A program made the position numbers and the translations under genes. From the NCBI GenBank assembly GCA_030390025.1, contig JASTWF010000334.1, positions 434,001-498,000 on the forward strand: a stretch of 64,000 bases of DNA, in the 5' to 3' direction. Shown here in pieces: positions 33,698 through 47,910 of the stretch. The notes under the pieces are model-generated. The model searched no databases and had not been told where the DNA came from. It was given only the letters and a program-made list of their open reading frames with translations. How positions within the stretch are numbered: the stretch's first letter is position 1; each line of letters begins with the position of its first letter. The stretch is from Squalus acanthias. Its lineage: Eukaryota.

Positions 33698-35611
33698 ATT
33701 CAAAAATCTGTCTATTTCCACCTTAAATATATTCAATGACCCAGCCTCCACAGCTCTCTGGGGAAGAGAATTCCAAAGATTCACGACCCTCTGAGAGAAG
33801 AAATTCCTCCTCATTTCCGATGTAAATGGGTGCCCTCTTATTCTGAAATTATGCCCCCTAGTTCTAGATTCCCCCACGAGGGGAAACATCCTCTCTGCAT
33901 CTACCCTGTCAAGCCCCTTCAGAATCTTAAATGTTTCAATAAGATCCCCTCTCATTCTTCTAAACTCCAATGAGTAGAGGCTCAACATGCTCAACCTTTC
34001 TTCATAAGACACCCCCTTCATCTTCGGAATCAACCTCGTGAACCTTCTCCAAACTGCCTCCAATGCAAATATATCCTTCCTTAAATAAGGAGACAAAAAC
34101 TGTACGCAGTACTCCAGGTGTGGTCTCACCAGCACCCTGTACAGTTGTAACAGGACTTCCCTACTTTCATACTCCATTCCCTTTGCAATAAAGGCCAACA
34201 CTCCATTTGCCTTCCTAATTACTTGCTGTACCTGTATGCTAACTTTTTGTGATTCATGTACTAGCAGCCCCCAGATCCCTCTGTACCGCAGCATTTTGTA
34301 ATCTCTCCCCATTTAAATAATAATTTGCTTTTTTATTTTTCCTACCAAAGTGGATAACCTCGCATTTTCCCACAGAATACTCTATCTGACAGATTTTTGC
34401 CCACTCACTTAGCCTATCTATATCCCTTTGGAGATTCTTTGCGTCCTCCACACAATTTGCTTTCCCATCTATCTTTGTATCATCAGCAAATTTGGCTACA
34501 TTACATTCGGTCCCTTCATCCAAGTCATTAATATAGATTGTAAATAGTTGAGGCCCCAGCACTGATCCCTGTGGCACCCCACTAGTTACAGTTTGTCAAC
34601 CTGAAAATGACCCATTTAGCCCGACTCTCTGTTTTCTGTTAGTTAGCCAATCCTCTATTCATGCTAATATATTACCTCCAACCCCGTGAGCTCTTATCTT
34701 GTGTAGTAACCTTTTATATGGCACCTTATCGAATGCCTTCTGGAAATCCAAATACACGACATCTACTGGTTCCCCTTTATCCACCCTGCTCATTACATCC
34801 TCAAAGAACTCCAGCAAATTTGTCAAACATGATTTCCCTTTCACAAAACCATGCTGACTCTGCTTGACTATATTATGATTTTCTAAATGTCCTGCTATCA
34901 CTTCCTTAATAATGTACTCCAGCTTTTTCCCAGTGACAGATGTTAGGCTAACTGGTCGATAGTTGCCTGCTTTCTGTCTCCCTCCTTTCTTAAATAGGGG
35001 CGTTACATTTGCAGTTTTCCAGTCTGCTGGGACCTCTCCAGAATCCAGGGAATTTTGGTAGATTAGAACCAATGCATCCACTATCTCTGCAGCCACTTCT
35101 TTTAAGACTATCGAGTCCAGGGGACTTGTTCACCTTTAGTCCCATTAGTTTGCCTAATACTTTCTCTCTAGTGATAATGATTGTTTTAAGTTCCCCCCCT
35201 CCACCCCAATAGCCCCTTGATTATCCATTATTGGGATGCTTTTAGTGTCTTCTACTGTGAAGACCGATACAAAATATTTGTTCAAAGTCTCTGCCATTTC
35301 CCTGTTTCCCATTATTCATTCCCCAGACTCATCCTCTAGGGGACCAACGTTTACTATTAGCTACTCTCTTCCTTTTTATATAACTGTAGAAGCTCTTACT
35401 GTCTGTTTTTATATTTCTTGTTAGCTTACTCTCATAAGCTATCTTCTCTCTCTATCATTTTTCTAGTCATCCTTTGCTGGTTTTTAAAAATTTCCCAATC
35501 CTCTGACCTTCCACTATTCTTTGCAACATTGTATGCTTTTGTTTTCAATTTGATACCATCCTTTACTTCCTTAGTTAGCCACGGATGGTTCATTCTTCTC
35601 TTAGAGTCTTT

Positions 35612-36503
35612 GGGGGAAAAATTCAGTCGCCTCCGTTTGGGGCGCAAATATCGTCCGGGCACAAAAATTAGCGCCTGGCGCTAATTATCGCCACTGACTG
35701 GAAACTTCACTTTTAACGCCCCGGGAGGTGATTGGAGCGCTAAATCAGGCGCTGCACACCTGTCTTAAGGCGCAAAGGCCGAGGAGTGAGGCGCTAACTC
35801 AGAGCGCTGGCGAAGCTCATGTAATGTCAGTCAGCAATGGAACACACACACAATGGCACGGGCCAGTTCTTAAAGGGGATGGTTAATCTTGCTTTCCATC
35901 CACATCCTGTTCATTGCAGCCTTGAATCTCGGCCTGGAGAGACTTGCACATCAAATGTGCTGGAAAGAACAATGGAGAGTGCCAGGCAAAGAGCTCAGAG
36001 TGCAGCCCCCACAGTCTCTGCTAAATCGATACAAGGAATGGCAAATCAAAATGAACCTGCAAAGTGCTGCTCAGTACCCAAAACTCCTTCACACAACGTT
36101 GAATCTCTCCAGAAGTCTCTCCCTCTCTCTCTCAGAATGCGTAGTTCAAAAATGGCACCAACAATAAAAGGCAGGAAGCGGTCACCTTTAAATAGCGCTC
36201 CCCCTTTCCCTTCATGACTGCAGAACGCTCCCCTCAACCTGTCGTTGCTAGCATCAGGCGGTAAGGCAGGGGGCGCCACTCAATATCCGCTCCGGGGCGA
36301 TACCGGGGCGTTGCACACTCGACTGACGTCATGATCTGCCGGCGCAGGAGATCGTGGTGGTAGTGTTTAGCGCCGCCGCAAAATGTCTAGTTAATTTCGC
36401 GAGCAGCGCAAACTTCGCCGCGCCTGGGCGCTAGATGCTTTGCGCCCCATTAGCGCCCTCTTAAGGCGCTAACGGGAGGCGCAACCAACTGAATTTTTCC
36501 CCC
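35612..36503. mobile_element. Harbinger non-autonomous element (MITE), 892 bp
   Basis: Perfect 16-bp TIR GGGGGAAAAATTCAGT / ACTGAATTTTTCCCCC, 3-bp TSD TTT; internal parts match both ends of the element at 2408-29062. Confidence 0.92.
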
Positions 36504-37121
36504 TTTCTTTCTCACTGGAATATATCTTTGCTGAGAGTTATGAAATATCTCCTTAAATGTTTGCCACTGCTTTTCTACAGTCTTACCCTGTAATATATTT
36601 TCCCAGTCCACTTTAACCAAGTCTGCCTTCATACCTTTGTAATTACCTTTGTTTAAGTTCAGGACACTAGTTTGAGATCTAGCTTTCTCACCCTCAAACT
36701 GAATTTGAAATTCTACCATGCTATGATCACTCTTCCCAAGAAAATCCTTCACTTCGAGATCATTAATTAATCCAGCCTCGTTACACATTACCAGATCTAA
36801 AATAGTCTTCTCCCTGGTTGGTTCCACAATGTATTGTTCCAAGAAACCATCCCGTATACACTGTAAGAACTCTTCCTCAAGTCTACCTTTGCCAATTTGC
36901 TTTGTCCAATCCATATGAAGATTAAAATCCCCCATGATTAAAGCTGTACCTTTCTTACAAGCCTTTTATGTTAGCTACTAATCTATTCTCATATATTCTC
37001 TTTTCCCCTCTTTCCTTTTTCAGATCTCCCCTGTACTTTTGTATCCATCTTGGTTCTCTGCTGAATTATGAGCATGACGTTTATCATAAGCGTCCTGTTT
37101 ATGGTTCACCTTAATCTCTAT

Positions 37122-38407
37122 GGGGGTGAAATTGGGTATCGCCCCGTTTGGGGCACTAACTTTTGAAATTTGGGACATTTAGCGCCAGGTGCTAAGGATT
37201 CTGAACTTCTACTAAATTGGGTGTTAGCACTCAGGAATGAAGTGGGGTGCTAAATCAAGCGCTAATGACCTCAGTGGGGCGCTACAGGGGCGCTACCAGC
37301 AGAGGTGGTGCAGTGTACAGCCGGGCCTTCCAGGCCCAGGCCTGGTTGAGGGTGTCCTGCAAGTCCACCTGTAGTCTCTGGCACTGAGACTCAGCAGCCT
37401 TTCACTAGCCCTGCTTCAGCCACTGGGGAGATACTGCGTAGGAGCAGTAGATTTAGAAATGGGATTGTAAAGAGGAGAGGCAAGGGATTGCACAAGGGTG
37501 ATTAGTCAATATTGTTACAAAAGCAAAATACTGCAGATGCTGGAAATCTGAAATAAAAACAGAAAATGCTGGAAATACTCAGCAGGTCAGGCAGCATCTG
37601 TGGAGAGAGAAACAGAGTTAACGTTTCAGGTCGATGACCCTTCGTCAGAACTAGAAAAAGTTGGAGATGGAACAGGTTTTTAAGCCATTGCCAGTTACAC
37701 TTCATCTAGACTCATCTTTTGTTTCTTAACTTGTCCCATTACCATCTCATTTTGCCTTGCACCATCATCCCTTTTGTCGCTTAATGTCTCCTGTCTTCCA
37801 TCCTTTCACAGACCTTCCCTTTTGTTCCTTCCACCCCTCCCCCTTTCCCTGCCCCTACACTTGCTTAAAAACCTGTTCCATCTGCAACTCTTTCCAGTTC
37901 TGACGAAGGGTCATCGAGCTGAAATGTTAAATCTGTTTCTCTCTCCACAGATAGTGCCTGACCTGCTGAGTATTTCCAGCATTTTCTGTTTTTAGTCAAT
38001 ATTGTTGTTATATATATGTGGTTAATGGTTTATGATAAATTTATTCCTGGAATGTTGCAGATTTTGCTGCTGTCACATTTCAGTTCTGGGGTGTGGTATG
38101 GAATCACAAAGTGATGGAATGATGGCGACATGCTCAGCAACCGGAAAGAGGACTCTAAGTCACAGGAAACGCAGTCTGATGAGGCGGTCATGGACTGACC
38201 TTGCAGAACGCCGATTGAGTGGCTGCCTCCTCCGTCGCTGCTGTTCATTCTCCTGTTCCTCCTGCTCCTCTTCTTCCTCCTCCTCCATCTCCTCTTCCTC
38301 ATCCTTGTCCTCCTCCTCCTCCTGAGGTGGTGCGGCTATGCCTGGTGGTAATGGCTGCGCACTCATAATGGCCAGGTTCTCCCTTTACGACTCACTGAAA
38401 TTAGCCC
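37122..38407. mobile_element. Internally deleted Harbinger element (3' ends of both convergent genes)
   Basis: Start GGGGGTGAAATTGGGTATCGCCCCGTTT resembles the other termini; Myb C-terminus-like sequence on + (~37320-37460); transposase tail on - (NLAIMSAQPLPPG..polyE..DRLIRLRFL*, 38160-38380). Confidence 0.7.
37517..37991. mobile_element. Penelope-type fold-back insertion, second family
   Basis: 15-bp TSD TTAGTCAATATTGTT (37502-37516 / 37992-38006); ~130-bp inverted arms carrying CTGACGA..GAAA hammerhead cores. Confidence 0.8.
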
Positions 38408-38414
38408 TCCTCCC

Positions 38415-41400
38415 ATTGAGGATTATCAGGGAAAAAGATTGAGGATTATCAGGGACACAGATTGAGAATTATCAAAGACACAGATTGAGAATTATCAGAG
38501 AAACAGATTGAAGATTATCAGGGACAAAGGTTGAGGATCATCAGGGACACAGATTGAGGATTATCAGGGACACAGATTGAGGATTATCAGGGACACAGAT
38601 TGCGGATTATCAGGACACAGATTGAGGATTATCAGGGACACAGATTGTGTATTATCAGGTGCACAGATTGAGGATTATCAGGGAAACAGATTGAGGATTA
38701 TCAAGGACACAGATTGAGAATTATCAGAGAAACAGATTGAAGATTATCAGGGACAAAGGTTGAGGATCATCAGGGACACACATTGAGGATCATCAGGACA
38801 CAGATTGAGGATTATCAGGGACAAAGATTGAGGATTATCAGGACAGAGATCGAGGATTATCAGGGGCACAGATTGAGGATTATCAGGACACAGAATGAGG
38901 ATTATCAGGACACAGATTGAAGATTATCAGGGACACGGATTGAGTATTATCAGCGACACAGATTGAGGATTATCAGGGACACAGATTGAGGAATATCAGG
39001 GACACAGATTGAGGATTATCAGGACACAGATTGAGGATTATCATGGACACAGATTGAGGATTATCAGGGACACAGATTGAGGATTATCAGGACACAGATT
39101 GAGGATTATTAGGGATACAGATTGAGGATCATCAGGACACAGATTGAGGATTATCAGGGACACAGATTGAGGATTATCAGGACACAGATTGAGGATTATC
39201 AGGACACAGATTGAGGATTACCAGGGACACAGATTGAGGATTATCAGGACACAGATTGAGGATTATCAGGACACAGATTGAGGATTATCAGGACACAGAT
39301 TGAGGATTATCAGGACACAGATTGAGGATAATCATTGACACAGATTGAGGATTATCAGGGACGCAGATTGAGGATCATCAGGACACAGATTGAGGATTAT
39401 CAGGGGTACAGATTGAGGATTATCAGGGACACACATTGAGGATCATCAGGACACAGATTGAGGATTATTAGGGACACAGATTGAGGATTATCAGGACACA
39501 GATCGAGGATTATCAGGGGCACAGATTGAGGATTATCAGGACACAGATTGAGGATTATCAGGACACAGATTGAGGATTATCAGGGACACGGATTGAGGAT
39601 TATCAGGGACACAGATTGAGGATTATCAGGGACACAGATTGAGGATTATCAGGACACAGATTGAGGATTATCAGGGACACAGATTGAGGATTATCAGGGA
39701 CACAGATTGAGGATTATCAGGGACACAGATTGAGGATTATCAGGGACACAGATTGAGGATTATCAGGGACACAGATTGAGGATCATCAGGACACAGATTG
39801 AGGATTATCAGGGACACAGATTGAGGATTATCAGGACACAGATTGAGGATTATCAGGGACACAGATTGAGGATTATCAGGGACACAGATTGAGGATTATC
39901 AGAGACACAGATTGAGGATCATCAGGGACACAGATTGAGGATTATCAGGACACAGATTGAGGATCATCAGGACACAGATTGAGGATTATCAGGGACACAG
40001 ATTGAGGATTATCAGGACACAGATTGAGGATTATCAGGGACGCAGATTGAGGATTATCAGGACACAGATTGAGGATTATCAGGACACAGATTGAGGATTA
40101 TCAGGGACACAGATTGAGGATTATCAGGACACAGATTGAGGATTATCAGGACACAGATTGAGGATTATCAGGGACACAGATTGAGGATTATGAGGGACAC
40201 AGATTGAGGATTATGAGGGACTCAGATTGAGGATTATGAGGGACAGAGATTGAGGATTATCAGTGATACAGATTGAAGATTATCAGGACACAGATTGAGG
40301 ATTATCAGTGGCACAGATTGAGGATTATCAGGGACACAGATTGAGGATTATCAGGGACACAGATTGAGGATTATCAGGGACACAGATTGAGGATTATCAG
40401 GGACACAGATTGAGGATTATCAGGGACACAGATTGAGGATTATCAGGACACAGTTTGAGGATTATCAGGGACACAGATTGAGGATTATCAGGCAGACAGA
40501 TTGAGGATTATCAGGGACACAGATTGAGGATTATCAGGGACACAGATTGAAGATTATCAGGGACACAGATTGAGGATTATCAAGGACACAGATTGAGGAT
40601 TATCAGGGACACAGATTGAGGATTATCAGGACACAGATTGAAGATCATCATGACACAGATTGAGGATTATCAGGACACAGATTGAGGATTATCAGGAACA
40701 CAGATTGAGGATTATCACGGACACAGATTGAGGATTATCAGGGACACAGATTGAGGATCATCAGGGTCACAGATTGAGGATTATCAGGGACACAGATTGA
40801 GGATTATCAGGGACACAGATTGAGCATTATCAGGGAGACAGATTGAGGATTATCAGGGACACAGATTGAGGATTATCAGGACACAGATTGAGGATATCAT
40901 TGACACAGATTGAGGATTATCAGGGACGCAGATTGAGGATCATCAGGACACAGATTGAGGATTATCAGGGATACAGATTGAGCATTATCAGGGAGACAGA
41001 TTGAGGATTATCAGGGACACAGATTGAGGATTATCAGGACACAGATTGAGGATAATCATTGACACAGATTGAGGATTATCAGGGACGCAGATTGAGGATC
41101 ATCAGGACACAGATTGAGGATTATCAGGGATACAGATTGAGGATTATCAGGGACACAGATTGAGGATCATCAGGACACAGATTGAGGATTATCAGGGACA
41201 AAGATTGAGGATTATCAGGACACAGATCGAGGATTATCAGGGGCACAGATTGAGGATTATCAGGACACAGAATGAGGATTATCAGGACACAGATTGAAGA
41301 TTATCAGGGACACAGATTGAGGATTATCAGCGACACAGATTGAGGATTATCAGGGACACAGATTGAGGATTATCAGGGACACAGATTGAGGATTATCAGG

Positions 41401-44400
41401 ACACAGATTGAGGATCATCAGGACACAGATTGAGGATTATCAGGGACACAGATTGAGGATTATCAGGACACAGATTGAGGATTATCAGGGGCGCAGATTG
41501 AGGATTATCAGGGACACAGATTGCGGATTATCAGGGACACAGATTGAGGATTATCAGGGACACAGATTGAGGATTATCAGGGACACAGATTGAGGATTAT
41601 CAGGGACACAGATTGAGGATTATCAGGGACACAGATTGAGGATTATCAGGGACACAGATCGCGGATTATCAGGGACACAGATTGAGGATTATCAGGACAC
41701 AGATTGAGGATTATCAGGGGCGCAGATTGCGGATTATCAGGGACACAGATTGCAGATTATCAGGGACACAGATTGAGGATTATCAGGGTCACAGATTTAG
41801 GATTATCAGGGACACAGATTGTGAATTATCAGGGACACAGATAGCGGATTATCAGTGACACAGATTGAGGATTATCAGGGACACAAATTGAGGATTATCA
41901 GGGACACAGATTGAGGATTATCAGGACACAGATTGAGGATCATCAGGACAAAGATTGAAGATTATCAGGACACAGATTGAGGATTATCAGGACACAGATT
42001 CAGGATTATCGGGCGCAGATTGAGGATTATCAGGACACAGATTGAGGATTATCAGGACACAGATTGAGGATTATCAGGGACACTGATTGAGGATTATCAG
42101 GTCACAGATAGAAGATTATCAGGACACAGATTGAGGATTATCAAGGACACAGATTGAGGATTATGAGGGACACAGATTGAGGATTATCAGTGACACAGAT
42201 TGAAGATTATCAGGACACAGATTGAGGATTATCAGTGGCACAGATTGAGGATTATCAGGGACACAGATTGAGGATTATCAGGGACACAGATTGAGGATTA
42301 TCAGGGACACAGATTGAGGATTATCAGGGACACAGATTGAGGATTATCAGGGACACAGATTGAGGATTATCAGGACACAGATTGAGGATTATCAGGGACA
42401 CAGATTGAGGATTATCAGGGACACAGATTGAGGATTATCAGGGACACAGATTGAGGATTATCAGGGACACAGATTGAAGATTATCAGGGACACAGATTGA
42501 GGATTATCAAGGACACAGATTGAGGATTATCAGGGACACAGATTGAGGATTATCAGGGACGCAGATTGAGGATCATCGGGACACAGATTGAGGATTATCA
42601 GGGTACAGATTGAGGATTATCAGGGACACACATTGAGGATCATCAGGACACAGATTGAGGATTATCAGGGACACAGATTGAGGATTATCAGGACACAGAT
42701 CGAGGATTATCATGGGCACAGATTGAGGATTATCAGGACACAGATTGAGGATTATCAGGACACAGATTGAGGATTATCAGGGACACGGATTGAGGATTAT
42801 CAGGGACACAGATTGAGGATTATCAGGGACACAGATTGAGGATTATCAGGGACACAGATTGAGGATTATCAGGGACACAGATTGAGGATTATCAGGGACA
42901 CAGATTGAGGATTATCAGGGACACAGATTGAGGATTATCAGGGACACAGATTGAGGATTATCAGGGACACAGATTGAAGATCATCAGGACACAGATTGAA
43001 GATTATCAGGGACACAGATTGAGGATTATCAGGAACACAGATTGAGGATTATCAGGGACACAGATTGAGGATTATCAGGGACACAGATTGAGGATTATCA
43101 GAGACACAGATTGAGGATCATCAGGGACACAGATTGAGGATGATCAGGACACAGATTGAGGATGATCAGGACACAGATTGAGGATTATCAGGGACACAGA
43201 TTGAGGATTATCAGGACACAGATTGAGGATTATCAGGGGCGCAGATTGCGGATTATCAGGGACACAGATTGCGGATTATCAGGGACACAGATTGAGGATT
43301 ATCAGGGACACAGATTGAGGATTATCAGGGACACAGATTGAGGATTATCAGGGACACAGATTGCGGATTATCATGGACACAGATTGAGGATTATCAGGGA
43401 CACAGATTGCGGATTATCAGGGACACAGATTGAGGATTATCAGGACACAGATTGAGGATTATCAGGGGCGCAGATTGCGGATTATCAGGGACACAGATTG
43501 CAGATTATCAGGGACACAGATTGAGGATTATCAGGGACACAGTTTTAGGATTATCAGGGACACAGATTGCGAATTATCAGGGACACAGATTGAGGATTAT
43601 CAGGGACACAGTTTTAGGATTATCAGGGACACAGATTGCGGATTATCAGTGACACAGATTGAGGATTATCAGGGACACAGATTGAGGATTATCAGGGAGA
43701 CAGATTGAGGATTATCAGGACACAGATTGAGGATCATCAGGACAAAGATTGAAGATTATCAGGACACAGATTGAGGATTATCAGGACACAGATTCAGGAT
43801 TATCGGGCGCAGATTGAGGATTATCAGGACACAGATTGAGGATTATCAGGACACAGATTGAGGATTATCAGGGACACTGATTGAGGATTATCAGGACACA
43901 GATTGAAGATTATCAGGACACAGATTGAGGATTATCAGGGACACAGATTGAGGATTATGAGGGACACAGATTGAGGATTATCAGGGACACAGATTGAGGA
44001 TTATCAGTGACACAGATTGAGGATTATCAGGGACACAGATTGAGGATTATGAGGGACACAGATTGAGGATTATCAGGGACACAGATTGAGGATTATCAGT
44101 GGCACAGATTGAGGATTATCAGGGACACAGATTGAGGATTATCAGTGACACAGATTGAGGATTATCAGGGACACAGATTGAGGATTATCAGTGGCACAGA
44201 TTGAGGATTATCAGGGACACAGATTGAGGATTATCAGTGACACAGATTGAGGATTATCAGGGACACAGATTGAGGATTATGAGGGACACAGATTGAGGAT
44301 TATCAGGGACACAGATTGAGGATTATCAGGACACAGATTGAGGATTATCAGGGACACAGATTGAGGATTATCAGGGACACAGATTGAGGATTATCAGGGA

Positions 44401-46284
44401 CACAGATTGAAGATTATCAGGACACAGATTGAGGATTATCAGGGGCACAGATTGAGGATTATGAGGGACTCAGATTGAGGATTATGAGGGACAGAGATTG
44501 AGGATTATCAGGGACACAGATTGAAGATTATCAGGACACAGATTGAGGATTATCAGGGACACTGATTGAGGATTATCAGGACACAGATTGAAGATTATCA
44601 GGACACAGATTGAGGATTATCAGGGACACAGATTGAGGATTATCAGGGACACAGATTCAGGATTATCGGGCGCAGATTGAGGATTATCAGGACACAGATT
44701 GAGGATTATCAGGACACAGATTGAGGATTATCAGGGACACTGATTGAGGATTATCAGGACACAGATTGAAGATTATCAGGACACAGATTGAGGATTATCA
44801 GGACACAGATTGAGGATTATGAGGGACTCAGATTGAGGATTATCAGGGACACAGATTGAGGATTATCAGTGGCACAGATTGAGGATTATCAGGGACACAG
44901 ATTGAGGATTATGAGGGACAGAGATTGAGGATTATCAGGGACACAGATTGAGGATTATCAGTGGCACAGATTGAGGATTATCAGGGACACAGATTGAGGA
45001 TTATCAGTGACACAGATTGAGGATTATCAGGGACACAGATTGAGGATTATCAGGGACACAGATTGAGGATTATCAGGGACACAGATTGAGGATTATCAGG
45101 ACACAGATTGAGGATTATCACAGACTGAGATTGAGGATTATCAGGGACACAGATTGAGGATTATCAGGGACACAGATTGAGGATTATCAGGGACACAGAT
45201 TGAGGATTATCAGGACACAGATTGAGGATTATCAGGACACAGTTTGAGGATTATCAGGGACACAGATTGAGGAATATCAGGGAGACAGATTGAGGATTAT
45301 CAGGAACACAGATTGAGGATTATCAGGGACACAGATTGAAGATTATCAGGGACACAGATTGAGGATTATCAAGGACACAGATTGAGGATTATCAGGGACA
45401 CAGATTGAGGATTATCAGGGAGACAGATTGAGGATTATCAGGGACACAGATTGAGGATTATCAGGACACAGATTGAAGATCATCAGGACACAGATTGAGG
45501 ATTATCAGGACACAGATTGAGGATTATCAGGGACACAGATTGAGGATTATCAGGGACACAGATTGAGGATTATCAGGGGCACAGATTGAGGATTATCAGG
45601 GACACAGATTGAGGATTATCAGGGATACAGATTGAGGATTATCAGGGCCATAGATTGAGGATTATCAGGAACACAGATTGAGGATTATCACAGACACAGA
45701 TTGAGGATTATCAGGGACACAGATTGAGGATTTTCAGGACACAGATTGAGGTTTATCAGGACACAGATTGAGGATCATCAGGGTCACAGATTGAGGATTA
45801 TCAGGGACACAGATTGAGGATTATCAGGGACACAGATTGAGCATTATCAGGGAGACAGATTGAGGATTATCAGGGACACAGATTGAGGATTATCAGGACA
45901 CAGATTGAAGATCATCAGGACACAGATTGAGGATTATCAGGACACAGATTGAGGATTATCAGGGACACAGATTGAGGATTATCAGGGACACAGATTGAGG
46001 ATTATCAGGGGCACAGATTGAGGATTATCAGGGACACAGATTGAGGATTATCAGGGACACAGATTGAGGATTATCAGGGCCATAGATTGAAGATTATCAG
46101 GAACACAGATTGAGGATTATCACAGACACAGATTGAGGATTATCAGGGACACAGATTGAGGATTATCAGGGACACAGATTGAGGATTATCACAGATTGAG
46201 ATTGAGGATTATCAGCGACACAGATTGAGGATTATCACAGACTGAGATTGAGGATTATCAGGGACACAGATTGGGGATCATCAG
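38415..46284 (+). repeat. ~7.9-kb tandem satellite, unit GATTGAGGATTATCA(G)GGACACA (22/23 bp)
   Basis: Continuous head-to-tail units with point variants and no spacers. Confidence 0.98.
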
Positions 46285-46599
46285 AATTGATGGAAGGGAT
46301 CAGTCAAGTGATCTCTTCACCTACAAAACTGATTTTCAATGACTCTCTCAAAGACTTGCTGGCTGCAGACATGAGTAGAAGAGCAGCTCCCTGCCTTTCT
46401 GATGCTGGGCTCTCTGTTGACAAATTTCACCTACTCATGTTCTGGTGCCCTAATGGCCACGTGTGAACTTTCAATCACGCCCTACAAGGGAGGGAAGCCA
46501 TCTCCTTCAGCAAAGCCACAATCTGTGCCATGGTGACTGCTGACATCAGTGGGCAAGGTGATATACTGCTCGACCCTGGCAAAGAGGCTGTCAGTCACC

Positions 46600-47350
46600 T
46601 AGAATCATAGAATCATAGAATGGTTGCAGCACAGAAGGAGGCCATTCGGCCCGTCGAGCCCATGCCGGCTCTCTGAAAGAGCACTTCAGCTCGTCCCACA
46701 CCCCTTCCCTTTCCCCATAGCCCTGCAAAAATTTTTCCTTCAGGTATTTATCCAATTCCCTTTTGAAAACCACGATTGAATCTGCTTCCACCACCCTTTC
46801 AGGCAGTGCATTCCAGATCATAACCACTCGCTGCGTAAAAAAGTATTTCCTCATAACGCATTTGGTTCTTCTGCCAATCACCTTAAATCTGTGTCCTCTG
46901 GTTCTCGACCCTTCCACCAATGGGAACAGTTTCTCTCTATCTACTCTGTCTGGACCCCTCATGATTTTGAACACCTCTATCAAATCTCCTCTCAACCTTA
47001 ATACAATAGCAAAATACTGCGGATGCTCGAAATCTGAAATAACAACAGAAAGTGCTGGAAACACTCAGCAGGTCAGGCAGCATTGAGGAGAGAGAAACAG
47101 AGTCAACGTGTCTGACGAAGGGTTTGACCCGAAACGTTGACTCTGTTTCTCTCTCCTCGATGCTGGCTGACCTACTGAGTGTTTCCAGCACTTTCTATTG
47201 TTATTTCTCCTCTCACCCTTCTCTGGTCGAAGGAGAACAACCCCAGCTTCTTCAGTCTATCCACGTAACTGAAATCCCTCATCCCTGGAACCATTCTTGT
47301 AAATCTTTTCTGCACCCTCTCTAAGACCTTCACATCCTTTCCAAAGTGCG
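46600..47350 (-). mobile_element. CR1 LINE 3' fragment
   Basis: RLRGDLIEVFKIM..RTRGHRFK..FFTQRVV..WNALP; (TAGAATCA)n tail. Confidence 0.85.
47000..47205. mobile_element. Penelope-type fold-back (hairpin) insertion in CR1
   Basis: 15-bp TSD with one mismatch TCTCCTCTCA(A/C)CCTT (46985-46999 / 47206-47220); inverted arms enclose CTGACGA-AGGGT-TTG-ACCC-GAAACGTT. Confidence 0.8.
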
Positions 47351-47361
47351 ATGCCCAAAAT

Positions 47362-47650
47362 GCTTAATGCAGCTGTGAACTGCAGACTGGGAGACGTGAC
47401 TGATGTCCTCTCTAGCATCGCAAAAGGAGCCAGTGGTGTAAAAATTCCAGGCTGTGGTGACTTTGACGGCCACTGGCATGGTATGTCCCCCTGGTCCAGC
47501 AGGCAGCAGGTTGTGTTGCAGGAGGCTGCAGAGGACTGAGACAGCCTGGCCGGAGAAACGCAGCCTCCTCCTGCACTGTTGTGCAAATAGACCCAAGAAG
47601 CTGACTCGGTCTGTAGACTCTGTGTGCTGGGTATGGCCTCCTGCGCACAG
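47362..47650 (-). pseudogene. Harbinger transposase N-terminal fragment
   Basis: QQCRRRLRFS..LCSLLQ..VAVKVTTAWNFYTTGSF..ISHVSQSAVHSCI aligns by eye with 2900-3170. Confidence 0.8.
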
Positions 47651-47651
47651 T

Positions 47652-47910
47652 TGAGAGATAAATGTTGGCCAGGAGAACTCCCTGCTCTTCTTTGAGTTCT
47701 CCCATAGGATCTTTTACGTCCACCTGACCAGGCAGGTAAGACCTCGGTTTGAACATCTTGTCTAAAAGACGGCACCTCTGACAGTGCAGTACTCCCTCTG
47801 TACTGCACTGATGTGTCAGCATGGATTCTGTGCTCAAGTCTCTGGTGTGGGACTTGAACCTATGACCTTCTAACTCAGAGATGAGAGTGCTACCATTGAG
47901 CCACAGCTGA
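47652..47910 (-). mobile_element. tRNA-headed SINE (DeuSINE/SacSINE-like)
   Basis: TGGCTCAATGGTAGCACTCT..GGTTCAAGTCCCAC..CAGTGCAGTACAGAGGGAGTACTGCACTG; homologous to 31445-31700. Confidence 0.7.

Larger units (their letters stand above)
32340..36965 (-). mobile_element. CR1 LINE ORF2 (APE-RT), fragmented; hosts a Penelope element and a MITE
   Basis: MGDFN, YRPVSLTSV, YLDFQKAFD, PQGSVLGP, FADDTK, RPHLEYC, RRNFFSQRVV in ORFs 33665-36935; (CATAAGAA)-type tail at 32340. Confidence 0.92.

Noticed and set aside
38415..46284. CRISPR array, or coding ORFs (MRIIRTQIEDYQGH..)
   Set aside because: Units abut with no unique spacers, there are no cas genes, the context is eukaryotic, and the ORFs are translations of the repeat.
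46370..46420. Myb/SANT start-like MSRRAAPCLSDAGL
   Set aside because: Too short and degenerate to call.
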